NCBI GenBank assembly: GCA_010405405.1
Contig: MU004231.1
Span: 1,557,784 to 1,621,783, forward strand
Direction of reading: 5' to 3'
Length of the DNA stretch: 64,000 nucleotides
Source of the DNA: Microthyrium microscopicum
Taxonomy: Eukaryota
Shown here: piece after piece, positions 50,451-63,476 of the stretch
Numbering within the stretch: position 1 is the first letter of the stretch
Layout: each line of letters opens with the position of its first letter
The notes under the pieces: generated by a model
What the model saw: only the letters and a program-made list of their open reading frames with translations
Told to the model about the DNA's origin: nothing
Databases searched by the model: none
Program-made: the position numbers and the translations under genes

Positions 50451-51004
50451 CGTTCTTAAATAATATTTTAAGTTATATAAAGATATTAGTCTAATCAAAT
50501 AGCTTATAGCGAGACTTAATTATTAGCGTATAATACCTAACATTGCATCGTAACTTTAAAGTCTTTTCAACTTTATACTAATGCATCTAACTTTAACATT
50601 TATACCTTCTATTACAATACAATTTATCTTAATAACTATAGTTTAAAACTAGGCATAATTAGCGTTACTTATATCTACAGCTTATATATAACTTCCTTAT
50701 CGTCTATACTGCGATCTCTCTAGCCATTAGTATCCCTATATTCTTTACCTTATAAAGCTAGCTAATATTAATATCTTCTACGTCTAAAGTAACAACTAAT
50801 TTATATCGCAACGTATACTTCCACTAATTATAAGATAGCACTAATATTTCCTTAAAAGCTAAAAGCAAAATCGTAAAGCTAATTTCGTTATATAGCAGTG
50901 CGCTAGACTTAAGCACATAGCATAAACCTTTCTAAAGCCTTATACGTACTCAAAAGTCTTATTATAATATTAGCTATTAAGCAGCATCCTTAACTTAGTA
51001 TAAG

Positions 51005-51965
51005 CATTCTCTTTCTTAAAGTCTACCCGCTAGCTTTATTCTAAGAGTATAATTCGCACGCTAAATACTATATATCCCTTCCTAAAGACTATAGCTAGCT
51101 TCATTCTAAGAGCATAATTTATACGCTAAATACCATATATCCCTCCCTAAAGACTATCGCTAGCCTTATTTTAAGAATATAATTCGCTACGCTGAACTCT
51201 ATTATAATCCTCCCTAAAGACTATTACTAAAAATCCGCTTGCTAGCTTTATCTTAAGCGCATAATTTATAGTATTAAACTCTATCATATCCCTCCCTAAA
51301 GACTATTACTAAAAATCCGCTTACTAGCTTCATCCTAAGCGCACAATTTGTAGCGCTAAACTCTATTATATCCCTCCCTAAAGACTATCACCAAAAATCT
51401 GTTTGCTAGCTTTATTCTAAGCGCACGATTTGTAACATTAAACTCTATTATATCCCTCCCTAAAGACTATCACTAAAAATCCGCTTGCCAGCTTTATTTT
51501 AAGCGTACGATTTATAGCGTTAAATACTATTATATTTCTTCCCAAAGACTATCACTAAAAATCCGCTTGCTAGCTTTATTCTAAGCGTACGATTTGTATA
51601 TTAAACACTATTATAACCCTCCCTAAAGACTGCTACTAAAAGTCCACTCGCTAGCCTTCTTCTAATAGCATTATTTATACAATATAAGAATATATCTTAC
51701 TCCCTAAAGACTATCGCTAAAAGTCTACTCGCTAGCCTTCTTCTAATAGCATTATTTATATAATCTAAGACTATATCTTCCTCCTAAAGACTACCGCCAA
51801 AAGTCTACTTGTTAGCCTTCTTCTAATAGCATTATTTATATAATCTAAGACTACATCTTCCTTCTAAAGACTACCGCCAAAAGTCTACTTGCTAGCCTTC
51901 TTCTAACAGCATTATATACACAATATAAGACTATATCTTCCTCCCAAACACTGTTACCAAAACCT
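51005..51965. repeat. Tandem array of ~13 units, period 65-82 bp
   Basis: CCTAAAGACT-like anchors at 51015, 51081, 51146, 51213, 51295, 51377, 51459, 51541, 51622, 51703, 51783, 51863 and 51943. Confidence 0.92.
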
Positions 51966-52169
51966 CCTTAATATCTAATAGTAAACTAACATATTAACTA
52001 TAAATATATACTCCCTAGCGTAGTAAAATTATCTTAAACGAAGCTCTTATTATAGGCTATTAACTAGTATTTTAGTAACTAATAATACGTATATTTCCTA
52101 TTTCTTAGTACCTACTATAAGTTGTTGCTAACTTATTAACTATTAAGAAACACTACATATTATATACTA

Positions 52170-52500
52170 CAACTTATACTCGTTTTTCCTTTAGACTACT
52201 ACTAAATATCTTCCTATTCTTAAATATTAAGAGATACGGCATATTATCTATCCTTACTTGCGCTTATTTTTCTTAGTACTGCCGCTAAATATTTCCTCAT
52301 TATAGACTATTAAGAGATATAGTATACCGCCTATCCTTACTCATGCTCGTTTTTCTTAGTACCGCTACTAAATACTTCCTTATTATAGATTATTAAGAGA
52401 TACGATACACTACCTATTCTTACTTGCGCTCGTTTTTTATAGTACTGCTGCTAAATACTTTCTTATTATAGTCCATTAAGAAATGCGGTAGAGTACCTAA
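52170..52500. repeat. 83-bp tandem repeat, 4 copies
   Basis: ATTAAGA(G/A)AT anchors at 52226, 52309, 52392 and 52475. Confidence 0.9.
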
Positions 52501-54849
52501 CGACAATATAACTCTCTTTTTCTTTAGCGCTATATTTAAAGGTACATCTTTATTAAAGTCTAAGTAATATAGTAAGTAGCCTAGTAGTACGTATTATTTA
52601 TTTCTTTACAAATATCCTTATCCCCTAGAGTCATAATAGCAGATTACGTAGTTAATTATATTGCTATTTACTAGCCCCTTTATTAGCTATATTTCTTTCT
52701 ATTCTAAAAACTTATATTCTAAATTACTTATATAGTTAAATACTTATATACTAAATTTGTCTCTATCTTTTCTTTATATTAAACTATAATACAGAATTCT
52801 TAAAAGCTATATCTTCTTATTTAAGTATTCTTTAACGTAAGATTATAGTACTATCTTATAAAACTAGTAAGCTCTAGTTCTCTAGGAATAGATATCAATG
52901 TTATAATATTTAAGGTTTAGAGTTTAATATAAGTATCATCCTTCTAATATGTTAAATATAGTCTTTCTATATACTAACTCTATTATAATCTAGAGACTTA
53001 GAAATATTAAGTCTCTATACTAAACTAGTACTACTTATAACTTAATAGCTAAAGACAAGATCTTTATAGTTAAATTTAATTACTATAGTATGCCTATTAA
53101 AGCCCTATTTAATCTTATATACTATAAATTAAGCAATAGCTAATAGTACGCTTATCCTTTACTCCTTAATAATTCTAGATATAGTAAAGTAAAGTATATA
53201 TACTATGGCGCATCCCTTAACTCACTAACAATAATTAAAGATACATTTATTATTATTAGTTTATAAGAAGAAGTTCTATAATCTATTATAGAATTAGTTT
53301 TTAGACGCTAGCCCTTTTAGCGCAGCTATTCTTAAAACTATAGCTAATAGTATTACGACGTAGCAAGTACTTTATATATAGATAGAGTCTTAAGATTATA
53401 GCGTCTAGAACGTAATACTATTTATAGTACCTACAAGTAGATTAAGGTATAGAGATATCCTTAGGATGCTCTATAAGTCCTTAGTTCTAATACTAAAATA
53501 ATATAACTAATAGAGACCGCCCCTAGTATTCACGAGATAAAATAATAGGTAGCTTACGCTAATATTCTTACAAGCTTGTTAAATCTAATCGCTATACTAA
53601 TACCTAGTTAAATCCCTAATAAGCTTATAGCCTCTATTAATAACCTTTTAAGCTCGTTAATAGATCTTGTTCCAAGACCTAGCAGAAGCTTTTATAAGAT
53701 AACTATACTACGATTAAGTTCTAAGGGGTTTCTTACAGCACTTAAAGGAGGTACTAAAGCCTAAATACTACTTAAATAACTTATTTAGTAAATACGCGTG
53801 CTTTATGCTAGATTATTATAATAAGTTAATATACTACCCTCTAGCACGTCTTTAAACTTATTATTATAGGTTAAAGAGGGTATAAAGCTTAATATTAAGG
53901 CTAAAAGATATAAGGACGACTTGTCTTATAATATAGAAGTATTTAGTAAAGTATATTAGTTATTTATTAACTCTTCTGCTAATATTCTATATAGACGTAT
54001 ATTAAAGAAGAAGTAGAAGAAGTTAAATATTAAAAAGACTAAGCAGTTAAATACATACGATTTATTAGCTTCCCTCCATTAGATATAGAGTTACTCTAAG
54101 CTTTAATATCACTTCTAATAGTTTAGCCTTTTAAACCTCAAAAGTTTAAATATGTTATCTACTACTCTATTAAGAAATATCTTAGTCTCTACTTAGATAT
54201 ATCTATACCTCTATTAAAAGCAATAGCAGCATATAAACTAAATAAAGTTACATCTACTTAATATAATCTAGCAGACTCTAGTCCTAACGCCTTAATTTAC
54301 TATAACAACCAAGGTCTAAATAAGAGACTTAGAGCTACTTAGATATAGTATACTATATTTAGATAAGGCGCTAATAATTAGAGTAGTAGAGATTAGTACA
54401 TCTAACTTACGTTAAGAAGTTAGAAAAGTACAGTCTAAGAAAGTTATTACTATTTAATTATAAATCTTTTATATTCTAACGAGATATTAGAAGATATTTA
54501 AAAATATAGACTAATAGAATGCCTTTAAACTTAAGAGTTACTATATAAAATAACCTTTATAGATCGCTCTAAACGTTACTTCTAATATTAAAGTTTTAAC
54601 CTCTCTCTATAAGAGAAAGACACCAATTCTATATCACCTCTAGCTCTACTATAACTTATCTAACTATAGGCTTTAAGTAGTTAAAAGTCTTAATATAAGC
54701 AGTACCTCCTTAACTAACTATCTTAGTTTATGACTAACAACATACTAAGCCTTTATTCCTAATAGTATAGCAACGGCCAATATATTCTCACTAACTAGCA
54801 ACTAGTACAAACTTACTATATTTATCCCTTTTAATAGCTTTACAACGCA

Positions 54850-55630
54850 CTTTGACGTAATAGCTATCTATTAAGGCTTTACTAGTAATACAACATTTAA
54901 CTACTAGAGCCTTAATAAACAGACCTAAAACAACTATAGCTATAGTGCTTTAACGTAATAGCCATCTATTAAGGCTTTATTAGCAATACAACGTTTAACC
55001 ATTAGAGTAAGAGTAATAAGCTTAGAATAAACTATAGCTATAGTACTTCAATACGATAGCTATCTATTAAGGCTTTGTTAGCGACGCAACGTCTAACCAC
55101 TAGAGTAAGAGTAATAAGCTTAGAACAAACTATTACTATTATGCTAGCCGCCTAGCCAACTATAATAACTCTACTAGCGACATAGCGAATTAACTACTAG
55201 AAGGAGGATAATAGGCTTAGAATAAATTAGTACTATTATACTAGCCACTTAGCCAACTATAGTAGCTTCACTAGCTATATAACCTTCCACCACTAGGGCA
55301 AGAATAATAGACTTAGAGCAAACTATTCCTAGCCTAGCTAAGTATACTAACTTCACAAGCTTACAACCTTTCACTACTAAAGTAAGAATAATAAGCTTAG
55401 GGCAAACCATTCCTAGCCTAGCTAAGTACACTAACTTTATAAGCTTATAACCTTCTACTACTAGAGCAAGATTAATAAGCTTAGGGCAAACCATTCCTAG
55501 CTTAGCTAAGTATACTAACTTTATAAGCTTATAACCTTCTACTACTAGAGTAAGAATAATAGGCTTAGGGCAAACTATTCTAGCCTAGCCAAGTATACTA
55601 ACTTTGTAAGCTACGCAATGTTTAACTACT
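54850..55630. repeat. Compound tandem array: 98-bp units followed by 84-bp units
   Basis: TCTATTAAGGCTTT at 54867, 54965 and 55063. (A/G)GCAAAC at 55317, 55401, 55485 and 55569. Both unit types share an ACTAGAGTAAGA.TAATAAGCTTAG core. Confidence 0.9.
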
Positions 55631-57599
55631 AAAGCTAGTAAATCAAATATTAGCCTTAATTATCCTAATAAGCTACGCTAGTTGTATAATAATTAATCAC
55701 TAGAATAAAATCAATAGGCTAGAAGTACAGCAAACCTAAACATTATAACGACTAAGTAATATATAAGCATTTATAACTCGTTTAGCTTACGTAAATAAGC
55801 CTAAAACTAAAACCTAAGGAAGAACATACGGCTATAAGATATATATCTACATCCAGTACTAGCTCAATAATATATTCTTTTCTAGTATAATGATAAGTTA
55901 GGTATAAATTAAGGAATAGCTCTAACGCTTTAACTATAAGTTAGGATCTCTCTTATTACTTTATTATTCTCTACTAACTCTAAGCCTTAAATAGCTATAT
56001 ACAAAATAATTATAATAGAATCTCTAATATTATACGTACTAAATTATCTACTAGCTTATACCTACTTATACTTATTCTAGTTATTATTAAGTAGTCCTAC
56101 CTTAGTCAAGTTAATATTCTATAGTAAACTCTATAAGAAAGTAAGTCAAAATCTCTATATTGCGTACTACTAAGGTAAAGAACTATTCCTAGTATTCTAT
56201 TAGCTAAGATCTTCTAACAAGTTCTAACATTAGATTACATTATATTAGACAAAAATAAAACTAACCTTACTACTAACCTAACTAACCAGTAGTCTACTAA
56301 TAACAACAATCTATAATTACTAACAACCTATAATTACAATTCCTATTCATTCTAGACGCTAGGAAACAGCTCCTTAAAGAGCATATTTCCTACTAGGTAA
56401 GACAAACCTAAATTACATACAAAGTCTCTATTATATAATCTTGCTAAGTACTTACTAAAATCCTAAATACCTATTACGTATTTACATTATAACTTATATT
56501 TATTCTATACTTCTCTATAACCTCTATCGCTCTAGCATTAGTTCTTTCTTTATCTATATCTTATACGATATATTAAAACCATCTATAAAAAAGATAGTCA
56601 CTATCTAACATTAGCTCTATTATCTTTTCGCCTAACGTAAAATATACGTTATATAATAATATAGAAGTAGAGTATAGGACATACTTAAACTAGGACTTTA
56701 GCTTTAATTAACGTAATTCGATTAGAGGATAACAACAATATACGTAGGTAGAAAGTAATAGTAGATACTAAAGTAATAGAAGAAGTAAAATATAAGTAAT
56801 ATTAAGAAGCATATAGAATAAGTATAAAAAAACGATAGGATTATACCTACTACTTTAGACAATCTATACTAATTATAGTTTTATAGGGGGTAGATTAACG
56901 TCCTATCTAGGTAGGCTACTACCGTACTTCTTTCTATATAGGGTAAGCTAAAGTGCTTAGCAGTTCTATTATTAATACTCGTACTAGATACGTTGCCTCT
57001 AAGCTTATAGATATATCTTCTACCTCTATCTCTTCTTTAGGAAGTACTTCTAAATAGGCTAAGATAAGGTAGAAGACGCATCTAAGGCTAAAGGTATTCT
57101 TATATAGACTAACCCTCCTAAAGAGACCTATAGAGGTAGATAATATATCTATGTTAGGAGGATTATATACATGTCTTAAGTATAGATCCTTACTACGGCC
57201 CTATCCTTCCTTAACCTCGTCTAAACTATAACTACTATAAGGAGCAAGCAGCAAAGAACATTCTTTATAAATAGCAGTGCAAGAGAATACATAAACTACT
57301 ATAATTACCTCTTCCTTTCCATAGTAAGCATATACTGCCCAATTCCCTAGTAATTATAACAATTAAAGCAGCTAGCAATACTATAACCTTATAACTTACA
57401 AATATCTTATTAGATGTAGAGGAAACTATAGTTATTAAACCCTCCCTAATTCTATACTTATATTACATTACAAAGCGGCATATAAGCTATGGCTACTAGA
57501 TCTAGCATCACTAGAGTTTAAATCTACACAGACATTTACTAGTTAGTTTCCTTCCCTATTTATTAATTAACATAAATAGTTATATTAATAGCCTAGATT

Positions 57600-57808
57600 T
57601 AGACCTACGTACGCTCTTTCTTGCTAATTAATTATAAATATATAAATAGCATGCTTATTAAACTCTACTTTAGTAAAGTTCTCTCTATCTCCTATTATAA
57701 TTATTCATATTAACACTTATAATTAGACCTAAGTATAGTCTTTCTTGCTAATCAACGTAAATATATATAAATAGCATACTTATTAACCTTTACTTTAGTA
57801 AAGTTCTA
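57600..57808. repeat. ~85-bp direct repeat, two copies with starts 124 bp apart
   Basis: AGACCTA..TCTTTCTTGCTAAT..ATATATAAATAGCAT.CTTATTAA..TACTTTAGTAAAGTTCT at 57601 and 57725. Confidence 0.8.
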
Positions 57809-59940
57809 GAGTTATTACCTTACTATATAGGCAATCTTTAAACAAGTGCCTCCATTAGTATATATGCCTTCTAAGTCTATCTATCACAAGAAATAACGAA
57901 CCTTAAAACTACTCATTAGTTATTTAGAGAGAGTAATACCTAAGAGAGCTAGCTAGCATCTTACTTTAATAACGACCTTAGTAAGAAGTAAATATCCAAC
58001 GTCTAATAGGCCTACTAGATCTACTCCGCTATTTACCTATATGCTACCATAGCTCCCTCCCTTAGCAACATATATATATATATAAACGTTACTAATAACT
58101 ATTTAGTAATTAGAGAGAACTATTATTAAGTTAGGAGCAATACGTAGGGCAATTAGTAGTTATAGTCTAGGTTACACTAATACATAGTACTTAAACATTA
58201 GGAAGGTAAAGATCTTACTAAAAGAAAAGGATAAGCAAGCTAGCAAGTACGTTATTTAGTTATAACTTTCTATTTACTTTACTCACATTACTCTTCTTAC
58301 CTATCCTTTTTCCTTCTTAGATAATGCTTAGAACACTCTTAAACTTCACTATATTTACTTCTCTAATAGCACTCTTCTTACTACTTCTAACTGCTATAGC
58401 TTTCTGCTAAATGTTTATATAGCAAGAAGTTAAAAGAATTAACACAGAGGCTAGCAAAACAACTTCAACAATCAATAGAACTAAAGACACTTAATTATGC
58501 TCTTTACCTACTCTACGATGAAGTTAAGATATAGCTAATTAACCCTATAGAACTAGCATTAATAGTTACTATAGCGCGCTAGCCGCGCTATTTACCCACC
58601 CTATAATAAAGCTAATATATAGCTAATTAACTCAATAGAACTAGCATTACTAACTAGCGTAGCATACTAGCTACGCTATCTATAAATTAACGACTTTAAT
58701 ACCTAAGTAATTAATCTTACCAAGTTAGCATTAATAGCTAGCATAAGACACAATATATAGCGCTATTAATACCCACTACGCAATTACTTAGTAGATTATA
58801 TAGAAAGAGCAATAGAAGCACTTCAAAATAATTTAATAAACAAAGAGAGTAATTTAATTACGCTTACAATATTACTAGAGCAAATAAAGCAAATCTACCC
58901 GTTATAAGTCCTAGAGGTCCTAAATATAGTAATAGGCATATACTTCTCAATAGGATTACTAAACTCTAAAAGCTTACTAAACTATTAAGAGTATAATATA
59001 TTATTACTATTTATAGACATATACTACTTCTTCTTCCCCTTCTTTTTCCTTTAAAAACTTTCTAAGACGTTTACTACCGCCTAGTAGTAGTTATGACTAC
59101 TACTAGACTAAATAGTTAATAAACCTCCTACTACACCCTACTAACCTATACTAACATCAACATCCTTATTACCTTAAATGCTATAGCTAACACTAGAGCA
59201 GAAAGTTAAGAACTACCTCCTTAGAATTAGCCTACGCCTCTATTAATTTCCTCGCTACCTTAGACATATATATAGCATATCTTACTATACTATAACCCTA
59301 TTAAACAATATACTAACTTCTTCCTAAGATAAGGCTATATTAAAGCTAAAGAAGGCTGCTACTCTATCTACGGTAGAAGAATCCTAATTACTAACTATTC
59401 TTAGATAAAACTTAAAAGATCATAGAACTAATACGAGATAAAATACGATTATCTATCATTCTATATATTACCTTACGAAGAATCCTATATTATAATAAGT
59501 AAGGCTAAGACGTTAATTTAAACTATCAATATAGATAACATTAGTTTACTTAGCGGCGTAAAATTACCCTTATCTCTATACTTTAAGCTAACCTAGAATG
59601 AGCCTAAATTAACAAACAGACATAACTAATACTTAAATAGGAAATTATAGTGACTCTAAACTCTTCTACATTTAATATATAACGAAGGTCAATATACTAT
59701 CCCATATTTAGGACGCGCTTAGAGTTATCTATTAAATCAATATTACAAAAATAAGAAAGTATTCGTTAGCAAGGCTAAATTAAATAGCGCAATCCTATTA
59801 GCTAACATTATCTTACATTATCTAATATTTTCTAACATTAATTAGATTATATCACAATAGATAAGATCCTATTACATCCTGCTATAATTTTAACCTTATA
59901 CGAATTACGACTAAAGCAGAAACCTTAAATAAATATATAT

Positions 59941-62900
59941 TTATAAATCAACTTCTATGGCTTTGAATGCGCTAGGATCATCTCCGTTAAACAATATATC
60001 GCCTATAGTCTCTTTTATTATAACCTCTTCTTATATATCTAAGTCGTTACTATTAACATCTTAGTTAAGAATGTTAATAGGCCTAGTTATAATATTGTTT
60101 CCTATATAATCTTACCTAATAGTAGTTTTACAATTAAAAGACTTAGCTTTAATATTAAGCTTATTAAGTCCTATCCTCTTTATATCTAGCAAGTTATAAT
60201 ATAGGCCATAGTTCTTAATTGCGAACTAGGGTCGAGACTCTATAAGGCTATCTTTAATTAGATTCTAGCATAATAAGAATATATTATGCTCCACACTAGC
60301 ATTAGTATACTTATTACTAACCTTACGCACAAACGTACACGTAAATACGTCTTATAAATAACGTATGTATGTATTATAGAGGTAGACTCTATTAAATATT
60401 GCCTTAACGTCGTAAGTTAAGTTACTAAATAACTTTATATCTCTACTATAGTTGCTATTTAAATACTCTAGTCCTAGATCCATAGGTTTAAAGAAGTTCT
60501 TATAGCCTTCCTAGTTAACTAAGCTTAAGGCTAAGATAGACCTTTAAAGTTTAGAAGTATTTACATTAGATAAGTTCTACCTAAGCTATAGTATCTTATC
60601 CCTATAGTTGTTCTAACTAGTGCCATAAAAGTAAATAGTTAGGAGATTAACTAAAAGGCGCAAAAGTCTAATATCGCTATACCTAAAGGCATATTACATA
60701 GTTAAGAGCAACTTAATCTCTTATAAGTACTAGCACATAGTTTAGAACTTAATATTATTACTTCTATCTAGGCACCCATCTCATGCTTTTCTTATAAAGG
60801 CTATTTAATAGACATCTTTAATAATCTCATCAAACTATTCTAAAAATAACCTATTAATATAAGATTTAAATAGTTCTAGGATAGCAAAGAATAAATTATC
60901 AATACGCTTAGAATAGTAACCTTTCTAGTCTATACTTCATAAAAACAACGCTAAGACTCTACTACTAAATCCTTATATTAAGATAGGAATAACCTAATAG
61001 GTTTAAGCATTATTACACTTTCTATAGCTTTATCTCTATATACTAACGTCATGCATAATAGAATATAGAGCTAGTATATTAACCTTAGAGGAATCCTAAT
61101 AGGTTTAAACAATATAGAAGAAGTAGTTTATATATATATAGAACCACCTAGAAACTAAATAAAGGAACTTCCTCAAATCGTACGGTTGTGTTTTATTAAA
61201 TGCCTTAGCCTTAATAGAGTAGTTAATCTTTATGCTTAACTAATTATTATAGGTAAGAAATAGCCTCTTTCTAAAGATCTTAATACTTAGATCTAACGCT
61301 TATAAACTATTAGTAGAGTTTTCATTACTAACTATACCTAAGATGCTAGATAACGATACTAGTATAGAATCTACTAAAGGAATACCACGTTTAGGATTAG
61401 GAGACGCACTTATGTTACTAATAGACTCAATGTCTATACTACCTTATTTATTAGACGCCTCTCTAATTTTACTATTATTAAGCTTATTTGCATTATTATC
61501 TTTAACATTAATCTACTTATTATTATAATTATTATCTTTAGGGCTACTACTAGATAAGGATATATCCTTAAATATATCTACATTAGATCCGTTCTAGCTA
61601 GAGATATAATAGACTAATAAACTCCCACTATACGTTTAGGCAGAAGATAAATAGGCTACACTAGATAAAGAGGCATCTAGTCTAAAATTAAGTAAAGAGG
61701 ATAGAACAGACGCTATCATATCTAATAATGAGGCTATATCTCCTATATTATTAATTAGAGGTTTTAGGAAGCTAAAATATTATAAGAAGATTTTATTATA
61801 TATTCTATAAGTACTATCTATTGTTTCCTTATTCTCTATAATAGCGCTGAGCTAATTAAACTCTATCTTATATAGTACAAGTATATTAATATCTAGCATG
61901 CTAAGCTAATATTTATCCTTTTTATACTTTACAATCTAAGGTTTAATAATATTTAAAATATTACGTTTTAAAGCGTCTACAATAAGGCACTAGCTAATAG
62001 TTTTAATATATTTACCTCCTTAGCCATTAGCCTTTACTAATAAGCCTTCCTATATTAATTTCTAGTTAAACTCCTTTGTTAGATCGTACATATCTTATAT
62101 TAGTCCTTCTAAAGGTAAGGATGGATAGATTATAATAATAGCAGTAGTAATAGCCGCTATAGTTATAGTATTACTTACTATCTCATTATGCTTATAAGAT
62201 ATAAAGTTCATATTATCGTAATATAGGACAGCCTAATGGTTTAGTACACGTCGTCTAATATTTCTCTATATCTTAGGCGTTAGCAATACATAAGTTCTTT
62301 CAAGGTTATAAACTTAAGATTTTTAAAGATCTTATAAGATATACAAAGATCTTATAATATATTTAAAGATCTTATAACGTATTTAAAGATCTTATAATAT
62401 ATTTAAAGATCTTATAAGATCTTATATTTAATACTAAGCATAATACCATTACATACTAAGGCTTGTCTCAAAACCTTCTTCATATGCCTTAGTACAGTCT
62501 TATAACTAGTATATACTCTAAGAGCTGCTAGCAAGTCTATAACCTATCTCTTTATACCCAACCTAAGCAAATAGACACTAAGCGTTGCTACTAAATAGTT
62601 ATTTGTCTCTCTACTTCACTAATAAAGAATAATTACTATAATTATATATATAAGCTTCTATCCTAGCTTATCACTCTATTTATATATCTTATAGTCCTAA
62701 TTGCATATAAGTTTATAAAAGAAGGCTATCTAAATAGGTACAGTATTCCTTATCTTCTTAATAGCTTTCTTAAAGTCAATGTTTATACTATCTACTCTAC
62801 TACTAAAGCGATTAAAACCTATAAGTTTTATAAGGGCGTGAAACTCTATCTATAGTCTAGAATTAGTATAATACTCTAGCAAGATCCTATTACTTAATAA

Positions 62901-63357
62901 CTCTTCTATAACGTCCTTTAAAAGCGTACGGCAAGTAGTAACATTAGCATATAGGTTACTATCAAGAACAATATTACTATAATTATCTTTTTAGCTAGCC
63001 TACGATAAAAGAAACGATTTTATAGTTATCTTCTAATCTTAAATACATTTTAGTATTATAGTAAGCTTTTGTTTAGCCAAATTTAGGCTCTACCGTAGTG
63101 TTATCATCGCCGCTAGTTATGAACAACCTAATAGTTCAGCATTATTAGGCTTATATTGAATCCTACTTAAGGTATTCCCAAGATCTATTATGGTTATCAT
63201 ATTGCTAAAGATATATAAATATAGACTCTTTATTATTATAGAGATAAATCTACCTTTACTACTATTATTACCAAAGAAAGGTACGTCTAGCCTATATAGA
63301 AATTGGGTTATCTCTATAAGACCCTCCTCTACAACGCGTACTTCTAATAGGAGGCAT
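59941..63357 (-). pseudogene. RIP-inactivated Academ-type (DUF6589-like) DDE transposase, intron 62272-62456; start tentative
   Basis: De-RIPped exon 1 end: NNYLAATLGVYLLGLGAKRQVIDLLAALGVCTGYKT. Exon 2 stays in one frame from 62271 to 59941: YDNMNF (62220), ITTA..CPSLP.EGLMQDMYDPT, GDQLS (61248), SGWFH..MN (61149), AFRHGDIGLL..YFYGTGQNNYGDEML, LVNWEG..FFKPMDLGLEHLN, NSTHD, SPDI, acidic tail. Intron has a GTATGT donor and a CTAAC..AG acceptor. Confidence 0.88.
62321..62426 (-). repeat. 20-bp-period tandem array inside the transposase intron
   Basis: AGATCT at 62327, 62347, 62367, 62387 and 62407, plus a half unit at 62417. Confidence 0.88.
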
Positions 63358-63476
63358 AATTTATAGAATTAATAGAGAAAAAGACAGTAATTGTAATGAT
63401 AGTAGAATTATTAAAAATATATATATATTAGTAGCGAGGACACAGTTGTAATAATATAGGCATTTACTAACAACCA

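Noticed and set aside
51005..52500. CRISPR-like array
   Set aside because: The context is eukaryotic, the inter-anchor segments are homologous to each other rather than unique spacers, and there are no cas genes.
37623..61528. Short listed ORFs at 37623-37811, 55249-55494 and 61343-61528 as genes
   Set aside because: These are stop-free remnants or antisense frames in RIPped DNA. 61343-61528 is antisense to the transposase and 55249-55494 reflects the 84-bp repeat.
34083..63476. Centromere or organellar insertion as the cause of AT richness
   Set aside because: The dinucleotide pattern is RIP-like, the block has TSD/TIR boundaries, and it contains decayed transposon genes with a spliceosomal intron. 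A secondary centromeric role cannot be tested from sequence.
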